From: Blasia pusilla
Lineage: Eukaryota
Direction: 5' to 3'
Length of the DNA stretch: 64,000 nucleotides
NCBI GenBank assembly: GCA_050084515.1
Contig: CM114271.1
Coordinates: forward strand, 23,994,001 to 24,058,000
Every line of letters begins with the position of its first letter. Positions within the stretch are counted from its first letter, which is position 1. The translations under genes were made by a program, and so were the position numbers. The notes beneath the pieces are model-generated. The model saw only the letters and a list, made by a program, of their open reading frames with translations. It was not told where the DNA came from and ran no database searches. Positions 49,201 through 63,099 of this stretch are shown one piece after another.

Positions 49201-50100
49201 TAGCCTCTCTTGACTCCTCCTCCTTATCTGGGAACGGCTCCGTCCATGACACATAGTGTGGGTCATAGTAGAGTTGCCATGCCTCAATCTTGTGGACATA
49301 ACTATGGGAGAACTCATGGTAATCATCCATGGGTGCCCCCTCTAAATGCTCGAATATACCGTTCCATGCTGTAAACGGGTTGAACTCTCTAGAGTTCCTA
49401 GCCCACTGTGAGTCACACCAACCCCTAAACTCCGCAATGAAGTCGTGTAGCTCTACAGTGTCTATAGCACCCGAAAACCTACAGGATCCTCTACCTCGGT
49501 CATTCATCTCGTACGCCCAAATGGTAGGACCACTCAATGTGTGCGGTGGATCACTAGCACACTCCTCTACACTCTCCCCCTCGTCTAAAGATGACACAAA
49601 AGGAGATCAAGGTGGTCTCTCACGTGGAGACCCTCAAAATCTCGCACCATTCCAGGTAAACCCTCTAGAGCTACTCTCAAGTCCACTACCTCGCCTCTCA
49701 AAATCCCGAAAGGAGGCCATGATGGCCCTCGTGCCCCTCTCACATGATCACTCTCAATCTCGCGAGTAATCCATCAATCACTCAAACTAAACATGCGGCA
49801 CTCAATCTACCCTCTCTCACTAAGACGTGTGTTGTGCGGCAACAAGCAACGTGGTACGGCAAATCAACTGATCTATCGTCTCATCGACAACCATCCTTAA
49901 CTCTAGACATCCCACACAAGTCTATGTCCCCTAAACCCATACATCATCGATGCTCTCAACATCAGCACGAAACCCAATATCCCAAATAACTTCCCAATAC
50001 CCAAAAATCCCTAACACGTGCAGGGCAAAGACTAGAATGGGAAACCTGACAACAAGTGTTGATGTCGCTCCTCAGCAACTACAAACCTCGACCCCAACTC
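46242..50100 (-). mobile_element. Gy-6 fragment: leader, gag (49597-48761), zinc knuckles, protease, DNMT motifs I-VIII
   Basis: gag homologous to 13809 and 20950; RVVDLFGGISTG, VIAGWPCQG, YILENM, AHRACLWWNNL; upstream limit approximate. Confidence 0.85.
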
Positions 50101-51562
50101 GGTCGTGAAGACAACTCCTCCAATCAGCAAGTACTGCTCCCGTGGTACTGACAATGCTCAAATCTCCCCGATGTGCGGTGCGGGTCCAGCGGCACAGAAC
50201 GGCTACAAACAGCACAACACTCGGGAATGGGGTGCGGCTCTTGGTGGCATACCCTCCTTAGTCAAAAAAACGCAATCTGCTCCTAGTGATGGTGCGGCTC
50301 CGCGATTGAGACAGTGCGGTGCGGCCACAAGCGGCACGGCACGGCAATCAGCGATGCGTTGCGGCTACGGGCGTCACAACATGATACGCGATCGTCGTCG
50401 AGCGGGTTCCAATCACAACATAGCAAGTGGAAAAGAAACTACGATCGCATGAATCCAAAAAGGTGACACTGTCGAAGTCGCGAGTTAACGAGTGGTGATG
50501 ACTCATATAGACTCACCAAGTACACTAGTGGCCGCCCTACCTGGCCACTCGTGACTGGTCCTTGTCTTGAATAGCGGCTGCGGCAGCGGTAACTCATGTT
50601 GACGGCGGAAATGGAAATTGATAGCGGCGGCGACGGCTCTAACAAGTGGTGGTGGCAGAGGCGATGGCAAAAACTCGCGGCGGCGACAACGGCAGCAGCA
50701 ACGGCAACTGACAGCGGAAATGGAAACCAATGGTAGTGATGGCAACAAGTGGTAGCAGTAGAGGCAGTTTCGGCAAAGGGCGGAAATGGCGACGGCGCGG
50801 ACGGTGACGGCATCGCCAACGACGGTGGTTGCTTTAGGGTTTCGCCATTTTTACCCTAAAAATTGGCAGCTTGCAAAATCAGCCATAACTTTTTTTTCTC
50901 GCAGCTCCAAATTACGCACTGTCTATTCCACAACGTGCACGGCTTCACTATCTACAACGGTGTCAAAAAATATTTTGGATCGGAAAATCCCATAAAAATT
51001 GATGGGGATTGTCGTAAAGCCCAACGTCTCTTTCTCCTACACAAAATTCGGCTGCGGTTCCGCGCTGATTTCTCCTGAAAAAAACCTGAAACCTATCAAA
51101 ACATCAATTAGCAAGCTACAAGGCACTTTCAAGAGCACCGGCATGGGAAACCCGCCCCCATACTTAATTTCTAACCAAAATTTGGCAGCGCTTCTGCCTA
51201 TCACTCTTTTGACACAAAAAATCGGCAAAGAAACATCAAAATCAAGCAGCTCTTGCTCTGGTGAGCACTCCCATGAGCCGTTGAACGGGGCACACGGTCC
51301 CCAACCTGCCCCAACAGCGAGTGACAAGTGAGCGCCTCCATTGAAACTCTCTCACTCTTGCATTCTCTCTTTGTAAATCACGATCCAATCTCTCTCAACA
51401 CCATGGCTCTCAAATGTGTGCACTCTCACATGTCTCTCTCTTTGAAGAAGAAGGAAAAGTATGAAGATCCTTTATAAGGAGATGATATCCAACATTCACT
51501 AGAGTAGACTTTAAGGTTTAAGATGGCGAGTTGCGTTAGAAAATGGGTATAAGAATGAACCA

Positions 51563-51688
51563 TGTCATGCGTGTACACATCGCTATACAACAAACATCGT
51601 TGTCATCGATCACACACACAAACACACAGGATCGCATGCTAACTCATGGCATCCAAACAACAAGACAAGAAGTGCCAAAATATCTCCA
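51563..51688 (-). repeat. Isolated LTR segment X of the Gy-1 subfamily (126 bp, TG...CA)
   Basis: Matches 10023-10148 end to end and stops exactly at the ..GACA att-like end. Confidence 0.8.
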
Positions 51689-53408
51689 ATAAAATAAGGT
51701 GAAATCTCTCTCACAACACTATAGCTCTTACATGTGTGCACTCTCACATGTCTCTCTCAATGTCAAACCAAACCCACTCTCCTAATGAGAGGCTTGGGTT
51801 ATATTCACAAGGCAAGGGATCATAGCTCTGCCGCCTCGTGTCAAGAGGTTCAACAAAGAGAGAATGAGCTCTCAAGCTCTCTCTCCTTGAGGTATATCCC
51901 TCCCCCCTCCCAAACTCTCTATATGGTAACCTATGCTTCCAAGTCACCTCCTTGGCTCTTTGACCTAGAAAGAGACATAAAGCCACTTGTATAGTCTATT
52001 AGATGAAAGCACAGGTAGAGATATTTAAAAGCCATGCCTAATAATCTACTAGCTTATAATTGAGGAGTATGAAGAAACTCCTTGGTGAAAATCTCCCACT
52101 CAAGCTCCAAGTAAAAATCTGTTGTATAATCTCCACCAAAGACCATGCTTCGCCACTTGAAAGGGTGAAAAACTTCTAAGAGCTTTTTCCAGAAATTTAT
52201 CCCAATGCCAAGACAAAAGACACTTAATATGCAAGGAGGTTTTCCAATGGCCCCTTTATCTCTTGAGTTGCATCCCTTAGAGGAAGAACTAAAACCCAAT
52301 AGTAAGAAAGTAACAAGAGACCTCAAATGGGATGAATTTCTCAAATTTCTAATGAAAAATGAAATACTTGTTACTTGTGTGATAGGACGAAAAGCAACAA
52401 AAATGCATATAAAGTCTAGGCCAAGGGAGACCATGATGGAAAAAGATCAATTTGGCTCAATTTGTCAAGGTCCAATGGAATAAAGCATATCATTTGGAGT
52501 GAGAAAAAATCATGTAAGATCCTAGTGAAAGTACTTGAACCCACGATGAAGAAGTTAAAACAAAGAGAGCACGTTCATACAAAAGCTAATTTATGAGTAA
52601 TGAACATTTTACAAAAGATTTGATACAACTTAACATTAGAAATATGGTATGTAGTGCGTGGGAGGAAAGTTGTTAATAAACTAATAAGTAAGTTTTAAGC
52701 GAAATTGGCATCAAATAATTCCATCCACTAGACATCAAAAGAAACCTCACATCCAAATTGCCTGATTAAAGTAAAAGATGTTTAAGAATAGTTAGATGAT
52801 TCCTGCTTGGAATAAATTTGGCATATAATGTGAGAAAGGCGCACTTCATTCAGGAAATCGTGGGAAAACGATTTCCTGTAAATAGAATATTGAAGGCCTT
52901 CTTTCTTGGAAGTGGATTTTTTTTCCATTTTCTCCTACGGTTCAATATGAAATGAAAAGTTTTTTCTATCTTGGGAATCTTAGAGGAAAGTTGAACTCTT
53001 GTACACACCGTGTCTACCGTGTTTATCGTAGCCCCATAAATCATGCCCCGCGTTTCTTGAACCAAACAACCACCAATTGTTAAAGTCTGGTTGACGTTGC
53101 CATGTGATTATTTTCTGCCAAGCATTCAATACTTTCTGGTCCCCAAGTGTACTTGTCAACTTGAGCAGCAGAATCTACCGCTTCCAAGGAGTGCTTCGAT
53201 CCAATCGGCATCATGTATGAAGCTTAGCACACTTTTCTGCCGCTGTTAACATCAGGTAATCATTGTTGGTACATCTGTAACTTCCACCCCCAATAACTTG
53301 AGGGGAGGATACTTCGACATGAAAGCAATGAGATGTGAAGGTGTGACCGAAGTTCCTTTCTGACTAGATAATTGAAGTGAAAACACCCTGCATCTGCAAT
53401 CTTTAGGA

Positions 53409-55752
53409 TCATTCCTTTGATCTCACAGCATTGTTCTCCTTTATTCTCCGCCTGTTATCCAGCTTCAAGAGTCTCATAATCTGCAAATCCAAGAAATTCC
53501 CTTTAAAATAAACACATACAAGATGCTACGAAGTCTGCTAACATCAGCTCAGATCTCTGAACATTCATGCCCCACCTACCCTTAATTATGCTGTGGTTCC
53601 AGTAGATGATCTGAAACTGTGCATAATATAGCAATTGCAGAGTTTCTTTCAAATTTGTTCAGCCAAGTCTCCGCAAAGTTTTTGAATGAAGAGATGAACT
53701 AGCAATGAGAACAGAATTCGCAGAGGAATCCATGACTTAGTTCTCCTAGAGACTATGTACATACATAGGGTTAAGTTACTACTCCTTAGGGGGACAATAC
53801 TCATTGGGTACTGCCTGTCATAATCTTGCAAACATGTAGTTTCTGGGGGAGAACTTTAGGAGACAATATCCCTGACCAAATCTGGTGACATCTGTGGGCC
53901 ATGGTTCCAAATGTCTTGAAGTGTGGTGTGATGACATTTGATGGCCAGGATGAGGACCACGATTGCGGTATTGGGGAGAACAGGAAGTCCCTCTGGTGTC
54001 CCCGTACCAATACATGAGTATAGAATTTATGGGATTGTATAAGGGATGCTCACATCAAAAAGACCACTGAGAAAAGTCACGTGGAGGTGAACAGATTAAC
54101 CAGATTCCTCCACTGCCGCAACATCACAACCAATCCAAAAGATTCTTGCCATTTTGCTCGTCATTTGATGCTCTCTAGCCTATGACCTGTCATGGTGGGA
54201 TACTAGGGACAGGCCTGATGAGTAGATCTGCAACTGTTTCAGGTGGTCATGTCTGCTTCCTAAAAATCTGCCAAGGTTGGTATCTGTGGTAGCTAGTGAA
54301 TTTACAGCACAGAGAGCAACAATTTATGCTGAAACTGCTCAGCTGGTACTATCAGTGCTGCATTTCACAAACAGTAACCTAGATTCACTACCCAAAGCTG
54401 CTGCACGAGTAAGTGATAACTTTCAAGGAAAGCAATCAGCTGAAGGGGATACTATTGCAAAGAGTTTCATGGCTGAATTCTAGAAGCTCTGCACCACCAC
54501 TCTATCTGGCAAGCAGTCTAATCTATGAGTCTTCCTCCTCTCCTATGGTACCTCTGCACCCATCCCGGTCTCTAGCAAAGTCCAAGCAGGGCATGGGGTC
54601 TATGGCCAAAACGACTGACACTACTTAAATATTGCGATCTGCACCTTTCTATCCTTCTCAGAAACACAACCAGTTGCACACTAAAAATCTCCCGTCACAT
54701 AACCAGCACATGCATTTTCAGGAAAAACACACAACACGTGCTAGTAACATTCAAGAGTTGAGAAGAGTTAACCGACACCTCCTTTTCTTGCAAAGTCTCT
54801 GGATCACGTCTCTCCAGTTCACTGAGTGCAGGCCTTTTGTCTAGAAGACTCCACAGCCATGAAGGATATGCGCTGGATAAACCAAAATGTTGGAAGAAAA
54901 CTACGCTCAGAAACTTGACGACTTGAAGCAGTTTATAAATCCACTTTCCACATGGCCAAGGAGATCAGGAACACTGACAACTCCGATTTGCACAAACCGG
55001 TCGCGTAATTCTGCTAATGTTGTAGAATAACACCACATGTCTTCAATATTAAGTTTAGAAGATTAGAGAAGGCGAGAAATGCAAACCTGTCCTCCAGAAT
55101 GGGGGGATCTGCCCCCGTCTTCAAAATGTTGGCTCCCAGGGTAGCTTTCTCACGTAGTTCCTTAGCTACAACAGGAATGACTTGCGCTGCAAAACGCACA
55201 GCCATTGGCATGTTAACTCAGGCCCACTACCTCATCACCAATGCGCGACTTTCGACCACAATCGACTGGTTCTTCCAGAAGATCATATTCGATCTCTAGA
55301 GAAGCAACTTTCCCATAAATAAACTACAGCACTTTACTAGAAGTCAGCTCATATTAAGAAGTCACGAAGTGCCACTTCACGACAATCTCATCACAATCTC
55401 CCACATTCAAGCCACGACCAACCTTGTTGCATTCGACGCAACCCTGCCTTGACTCGCTCAGACAACCCGAGAGCTCTCACAGGAAATACCAATCATCCAT
55501 CATCTCGGAAACATGCCTGTCAAAAGAATGCGCTCAACTGTTCCCTCCGTATAAAATCAAGCTAGAGAAAGTTCCACTGCAGACTGATCGACACCAAGCA
55601 CAACAATCAAAAAGTCTGCTGAGACAGGCAAACACACTGAGTCACTGACCTTCTCCTTTCCTTTTGGATTTGCCAGCCGGAGGAGCTTTGGATGCTCCCG
55701 CCGCTCTCAGCCGCAGCGCAACCTGCAACGCTCGCGCCCGCACCGCCACCAT
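53409..55752 (-). CDS. MRPL54: Mitochondrial ribosomal protein mL54 (L37 family), 122 aa; exons 55752-55650, 55186-55087, 54872-54779, 53480-53409
   Basis: Phase-consistent GT-AG splicing gives ...GANILKTGADPPILEDSAYPSWLWSLLDKRPALSELERRD...LLKLDNRRRIKENNAVRSKE*; basic presequence-like N-terminus. Confidence 0.9.
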
Positions 55753-58665
55753 CGAAATTCCGCTCCCTTAACCCGCGGCTACCTTTCGCACTGCGGCTCT
55801 ACAGCAAACCCCCGCCGTTCTCGATCATCCCCAATGCTTCAACGCCCATAAAACAGCTTGCGATCCGCTCCAAATGACCTGGAGAGAACGAGTTTTCCAA
55901 ACACTGGTTCTTCTGGAAACAGTAAGTCTCAAATTCCGACCTACTCCAACACCACGGGAGAAAAGCTGACCAGTCGCTCCAACTTCCAACATAAACGTCA
56001 CAGAACAAACCGGGGAACCCGAATTCCAATCCAATCCAATCGCTCTTCAACAAAGCAAAATTGAATCTGCTATAAAAGTCCGTCCATGGAAATCAAAATA
56101 CAAACAAACAGGAGACTTCAGCCTTGTCTCGAAAGGTCGGGCTGCCAACCTCCCAATCGGTTGCACAAAACGACGCGGATTTTGTTGGTAGACGGCGTCG
56201 CCACAGCATGCAGAATGGACCGCACCCGCACAAACTTGACAGTTTCCTTGAACTGTCAAAATCACTGAATCCGCAGGCAATTGATTCTTCACAAAGAGAA
56301 TTGGAACAGAGAATTGTCTTTTGCAATACTGTCACCACCAGAACTATAGACCTAATCCTATGTAACTTGCATTTCTTGCCTTTTTTCTTTGGGAGGTTTT
56401 TGCATTTCCTTATAATTATTTTTTTATACAAAAGTGTTTATTCCCCATCATAATAATTACTAGTAAGGTACTTAGAAGAGTAATGACATTCCACTCTTCT
56501 TAGTAATTATAATCCTCCATTCAAATTTAAATGATATCCCAATACACTAAGTAATTTTATCTTTCCATAAAATTTAAACAAAATCTATTCCTCCATTAAA
56601 TATTTATTCCTTTCTCCATCAAATATGAATTGAGGTAAAAATTTTAAATTTTTGGTTATTTATCATATTAATTATATTTTCTTAATATTTATGATCACCC
56701 ATTATAATATTAAATTAATTACTAATTTATTAATATATATTCCATTCAAATCCTATTCGTTTCTTTTTATATTTCTACCCATCTAACAGGGCTAAGGCAA
56801 CAAAACTCAAGAGTGTTGCCTACTTTGTCCTATTGTCCCGCTATCTTGTCGTATTATGCATATGTGGTCGCCAATTATTATATAGATTAAGACTATGCAA
56901 GCGCAATCCCATGATTGTAGATTAACCATTTAAGTAGTTTAAATATTACATTTTTATAAAATTTTGTTGCAAGGTTTGATGGGACCTAAGTTGCTATTTT
57001 TCAAAATGCCATCTACTTAGTTGCTTGAAAAGTATGAGCCAATTTTATAACGATAGTATATAGGCTCAGATGAAAATGCCAAAATCTTTTCATTACATTC
57101 GCAAATCTCATAGGAGGACAAGGAAAGTGGAAGGAGTAATGAAAGAAAAAGAAAACAGCAAAAAATCAAGACAAAAATAATTCAAAGAGTTATATTATGA
57201 ATTGTTCAAAATAAAGCTGAATATTATTGGTTTATCGGATGTGAATGGACGATGAGATTAGTGGCAAGCAACTACTTTGCTCCATGTGTCAATGTCATTG
57301 TTTCTACACGTGGTAATGGCATCGAGATATATTATCAATACTAAATAGTACTAATGGAGAGAGGACCATGGCACATGTTTTTGTCATAGGTATTAGTAGA
57401 CACACATAAATGCCCAAGAATCTCCACTTCAAGAAGGATAAACCTATCAACTACATGCTAGAAGAGATTTAAGGAATGTAAATGGTTGCTAACCTATAAG
57501 ATTTTGTCATATATTTATTAGTCATAGCAGTAGTTTTAGATCATAAGACTTCTTCCTTTTTTCATTTCTTATTTATATTTTTATTGACAATAAATTTGTA
57601 TGCACGCTACGTGCCATTGAACTAGTACATTGTGTTGCATAATAACTAATAACTATGGCTAAAATATTATTTTGATTGTAAAACAATAAAATCAACATAA
57701 AGGGGAAGATAAGCATTATGAAATTTGGATGCTTTGTGGAATCCTCCATTTCATGTAGGATATGATTCCACGTCTCACCAGAGTTACTAAAAAATGATGG
57801 ATAATAAGAGGTCTAGACTTCCTCAAGTCATATGGATTGCTTACAGTTGACTAATGCTTGAGAAACATCGCATGATCTTAACATCATTCTTCTAGAACTA
57901 TAGACTTACATACCTTGTAAAAAAACCAGTTGGAAAGGTAAGCATAGACCTTTTGATAAATAATCACATGCATGTTTTTCGGTTCTATGGTTGAGTGTGG
58001 TTTCAAGAATCTATCCATTTTCATCTTTGTGGTCCACTCTTATATGTCCCCCTCTTTCATACACCATCCTTCCCTTTTTGAGGCAACAACACTTGTTGGA
58101 GAAAGATTTTGATTCATTTCTCCTCCTTCATTCTCCTCACCCTGCCGAATTTTACTCCATATCTTTTCTCCCCTCCCCTCTACTACTGAGATTTAATGTC
58201 TTTTTCATAGGAAAACATCCACATAAACCCCGCCCTTGTTGAAATTTATTTTCCCTTTCTCTCTCCACCTTCCTGATTTAAGAGTATTTTTCAAAGAAAT
58301 TTAAGTAAAAAGTCCTATATTTTACACTTATGTGTTGAAAATTAAAATATCTCCCATTCACTCATATAATAAGAATTATGGATACCCCTTGCTCAAAATT
58401 TAAGACTCTTCCTTTCAATATCTTAGCAAAATTTTAGTCTAAACTCCTCTTCTAATCAACATTTTTGGATTTACTTTGAAAATCCTTACTTGTTGAAAAT
58501 TATGGTCTTCCTCTCATATTATAAGGATAAGACCCCTACCTTGTGAAATTTTATTTATATATATATTATAGTTGTGAAACTAGACTCATGAAAGAATTGA
58601 GATCCAGCGATTAGGGATATTTCTTCGAAATGATCTTTTTCGAAGAAAAGAGGTTGCCTAACCAA

Positions 58666-58924
58666 GACCATACTTATCTAAGTCATGATTGTTTTTGTGG
58701 TGATAGTATGAGTCTTATATAACCCACAAACTTCTTTAATACATGTTTGTCTCATCATCCTCTACCTTGCAAATTGGCAATTCCTCATGCTACGGACTAT
58801 ACTTATCTAAGTCATGATTGTTTTTGTGGTGATAGGATGAATCTTATATAACCCACAAACTTCTTTAATACATGTTTGCCTCCTCATCATCTTACCTTGC
58901 AAATTGGCAATTCCTCATGTTACG
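58666..58924. repeat. Tandem duplication, 2 x ~129 bp
   Basis: acttatctaagtcatgattgtttttgtggtgatag...ttcctcatg starts at 58672 and 58801. Confidence 0.9.
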
Positions 58925-59019
58925 TCGCATGAGGAATAGGACAAGCTTACGACACTCAAGCAGTAGTTTGTGGGGCTCCCGCAAATAAGTATTGATGTTG
59001 AGATCGTGGCATGGAAGCC

Positions 59020-59230
59020 TCTAAAGGATCGAATTTTCATTCCATATATTCTTTTAATTCCATGTGATTCCGGCTGGCGATTTCTTTTGAGAAGATTTCT
59101 ATTCCAGGTTAGGCTGGCTTATGGTATGACTGAGAAAGTTAAAAGGAGAAACATTTCAAAAAGTGGGATTACACTTACCTACAATTGTATTTTTGGGGGA
59201 CAATTATATGTTTCTTTATCTAGAGTTTGA
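59020..59230 (+). mobile_element. Degenerate Helitron/PIF1 helicase remnant
   Basis: RIFIPYILLIPCD..RRFLFQVRLAYGMT...GQLYVSLSRV. Confidence 0.7.
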
Positions 59231-60564
59231 TGCTTCCTTTGAAAACAAAGTATTTTCACGCGATTGCAAAGAAATGCTTGCTTGGCAGATTTGCATACTC
59301 ATTTGAGATACAAAAAGACTAGCGCCCAATGCATAGCTCAACTATTCCCAAGAGCAACCTATGACTAGACACCCAAAAGCCACCAGAATACCTGCCAAGA
59401 GGAGAAAGAGAACCACTTCACATAGCCCAGTAGTACATGCTGTAACCAACTCTTTACAATACCCGGCATGATTTGGAAAAGGGTACTGTATCCAAATTGT
59501 GTAAAATTGTTACAAAACAGTGATTCCATGATTCTATTTAGTAAAGTTATAAATTGCTCGCACGATACGATTACAAAAGCAATATTATGTAGTGAAAATT
59601 CGCTGTGAGGCAAAATCTTAGTCTACAAGACAATCCATCGTACGTTCTACTGAACATCTCCTATGATTGTAGAGAATTTACAGCCTTAATCACGGGATCT
59701 TTCATGTCTTTTATCCACTATTCACTAGAACACCCACATGAAGACATAAAGTTTCATCCACTACCACTCAAATTTCCTGAGTGAACTTGAAAGTAATTTT
59801 CGGGACTGAAATCTCGGCAAGTTGTGTACACAGTTAGTAAGAAAACGAGGATGGGCAACAATGCAACCTCTGAAGTCTTCTACCCCATTACGGCCCATAC
59901 TCAGCATTGTGTGCAATTGTCAACTCACTTGAGCAAGCAAAGCATATTTCCATATTAACCAATCATACACCACCTAAGCACATGAGAAATTCTGCTAAGG
60001 TGTGGATACAGAACGCCAAATTTCACCCTTTGACAAGACGTGTTTGAAGTTCAGATCCGACCCTTGAAATTTTCAGAAGCCAATTTGCTACTTTCCACAT
60101 GCAAGAAGTTAAATTACAAAGGATGACAGGGTTTCCGTTTCCCAAGACTACCTGGGGATTAAGTTCCAAATAAAACTAAAAGGCCCTGTAAAAGCCTAAG
60201 TGGATGTACATTCGCTTCCCATCAACTCTACGCTGAGAACAGTCTGCTTTGGACTTGTTAAATATTGGTAAATTCACATGATGGTGCGGAGAAGCTGATG
60301 TTAAAATAGTCCAATAAGAAACAAACCAGCCTAAGGCGACCAATTTCTTCTGATATCTTCAGTGTACATAGAAAGAATTCACCTGGCATAGCTTCTGATT
60401 GATTTGCCACAATTCAAGGGCAACAATTGGTGAGAACCCGGTTTAGACCCGGGACATCAGTCAGAATCTGCCGGTAGCTGTATGTTACTACCGAAAGATG
60501 GAAACAATGGTTGTGTTGGTATTCTAAAATGAAGTACCCAAAGTCTAAAGCTAACATCTAAATC

Positions 60565-61877
60565 TCACTGGTCATTTTGTTCATGTCTACTCAGAGGGGT
60601 AGGTGACAACACATGCTGCCGTGCTTCCAACGCTTTAAGTTCACGACTATGTCGTTCCATGAGAACACCTTGTGCCACAGATGTCACAATAGAACTTGCA
60701 AATCCTACCATCATCAGGAATACAACCGAGTTCCAAGCCAACGCAACTACACTTCCCTTCGGCACCTGTAGAGAGAACCCCATGTCAGAACTGTTCTTAC
60801 TGACAGCTACACATACATAAAGACTATTCTACATCCCCCTGGATGCATGAACTGGAATTGAACACTAGTACATCAAGGCATACCTTTGCTGTCGTAGAAT
60901 TCACATTGTGGAATTTGGACTTAGCACTTTCAAGAGAAGCTGTGATTCGTGGTGTGAAGTACGCAAAAGCCGGCAGGTGGTGGATCACCCAAGCCAGCCC
61001 AGTTCCGATGAGCTCCAAAATGTATGGATTGCAAACCATTATTATGAAAATTGTCTGCAAAGATACAAGGAAATTAATGATCTTTCCTGCTAATCACACA
61101 TGAACCAAAACTGCCTGCTTAGAACATCTCGTCATTTGAGATCCCAGAAATCCAAGGATAATTGCACCAGAAAGGTTGCAGAAATCCTTATGAATCTAGT
61201 GGGAAAAGGTACTCTCCACTGGCACATCGTGTGCACATTCAACTAGTTTACCTCCTCACTGGGATGTAGTTGAATTATTCGACACGCTTCCAGGATTTGA
61301 TTCATGACCAGAAGGAAAAAACTACAGCAACTACCACACAAAACCACTTATCATCACAATACTCTACACCCACCTGAATATGAGTTTTTATGATTGCTTT
61401 GCCAATCAGTGTTGCAGCAAAGAATTTCCAAAAAGGAACAAGGAACTGCCCACACAAGATTCCTGCGAGATCGAACAGTGGATTTGGCACCTGCACACAA
61501 AGTCACAAGGATTTTACCCAGTTAAGTAGGCTTAATTCTACCAATTTTTTCCAATATACCCTTCATAGTTTGTCTCCATTACTACACAGGATTCTTTGTT
61601 CGGTCTGCAAATAACTCAACCGACTTCCTCTAGAAACATCGCCACTTTTTCCTTCACAAGTCTGCAGGCATAACTTTCCTAAGCTTCACAAATGGATTGA
61701 GGTGGGAAATCGTGGTTTAAGTCCATACTGAGGCAAACAAAAGAATGGTGAAAAAGCCGAAATTCTCGAAGTGGTTGATCATCCAAAGCTTCAGGCGTTC
61801 GAGTGTTGTGGTATTCGAAACCTCATCTGCGCTTACTAACTCCTCCACCTCTCTTAGCCTTTCTCCTGACAATCGTG
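60565..61877 (-). CDS. VMP1: Vacuole membrane protein 1 (VMP1/KMS1), last four exons: 61877-61729, 61490-61374, 61054-60884, 60765-60565; upstream exons not located
   Basis: [55 protein letters not shown] is the VMP1 DedA-type signature; canonical splice sites. Confidence 0.92.
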
Positions 61878-63099
61878 CTGTACAAATGGAAGATGTCATT
61901 GAGCGCAAAAAGACGTAGTTTTATATTCTCTGTTCACTTCAGGGACAATTCGTCTTGATCAAGAACATTCATAGAGTGGGATCTCAACCAAGCACTGATC
62001 ACAACAGATTAGAAAGGAACCAAAACCGAGAATGTACACATCAAACCAGTACACTTTCAAGGTCTTTGATCCTCAGGCCACCTAATTTATGGCCCAACAA
62101 AACGAATGTGTATGCAGAGAGGTAGGTGGGATCTGCCAGGCAATGCACAAGTTACAGGCCTCCTTTCAAACTCCCGAGTCTGAAAGAGAGTCTCTTTGAA
62201 GAGTCATGTCTGTTAGAGAATTCAAGTTGCTAAGGTACCGAGTTCAATGGGGCACCAGTTGTGATATTCACAACCAACGCAGTAAGAGAGTTATCGCATC
62301 AAAGGGAAACCAAAATGCCACCATTCATTATTTCTTGTGTCTCCTGAACCAACAGACCTCAAGAATTATGCCAGAGGGATCAGACTCTACGGAGGCAGAT
62401 TAAAAATCCAAATTTAGGAGAACAGCTATTCAATTGAACCACAAAACAAATGGGAATCAAAAGACACCCAACTATTTGGCAATGGATATGAGACTTCCAG
62501 TCCCTATCTTACCTACCCAAGTACTGCAAATACTTTTATTCCAGGTCCAATGACCCTCTTAGATCCCCGGGGGACAAAAATAAAGTCCTCTTCTTCCTAC
62601 CTGGGCATTGAGGTGTTGAGGTGTATATTGGATTATTCCATGAGAATCTGCCCACATGAAAGTCCATGGTCTCATGTGTTCCTGAATTGCCATGATGTCA
62701 ATTTTGAAGTATAGTGCTGGCCCTACATAAAGTCTTGCATCCTCACTGGTACATGGAGTGCCACATAGAGTTTTGCTCCCCTTAACCCTTTACATATGCT
62801 TCCTGACAAACAGTTATTGATGGATGACATCTGAACTTAGAGTGGAACCACAATTACAACCTAGGAATTGACGAATACTTGCATACTGCCTCCCATCACA
62901 ACCCTAACACTGATCCCATCTACAAGAAATCGGAAGGGCACAGGCAGTAGCAAAGTTTATTTATGAAATGACCAACAAACTGTCTGTGTGAAAAGGCTTC
63001 CTCTACGGCTTGCATGAACAGGGCCACAGAGATAGCTTTTGTCATTACAGTTCCTAGAGGAAAAAAAGATTTCTCACAGAAGCATGTTATTGATCAGGT

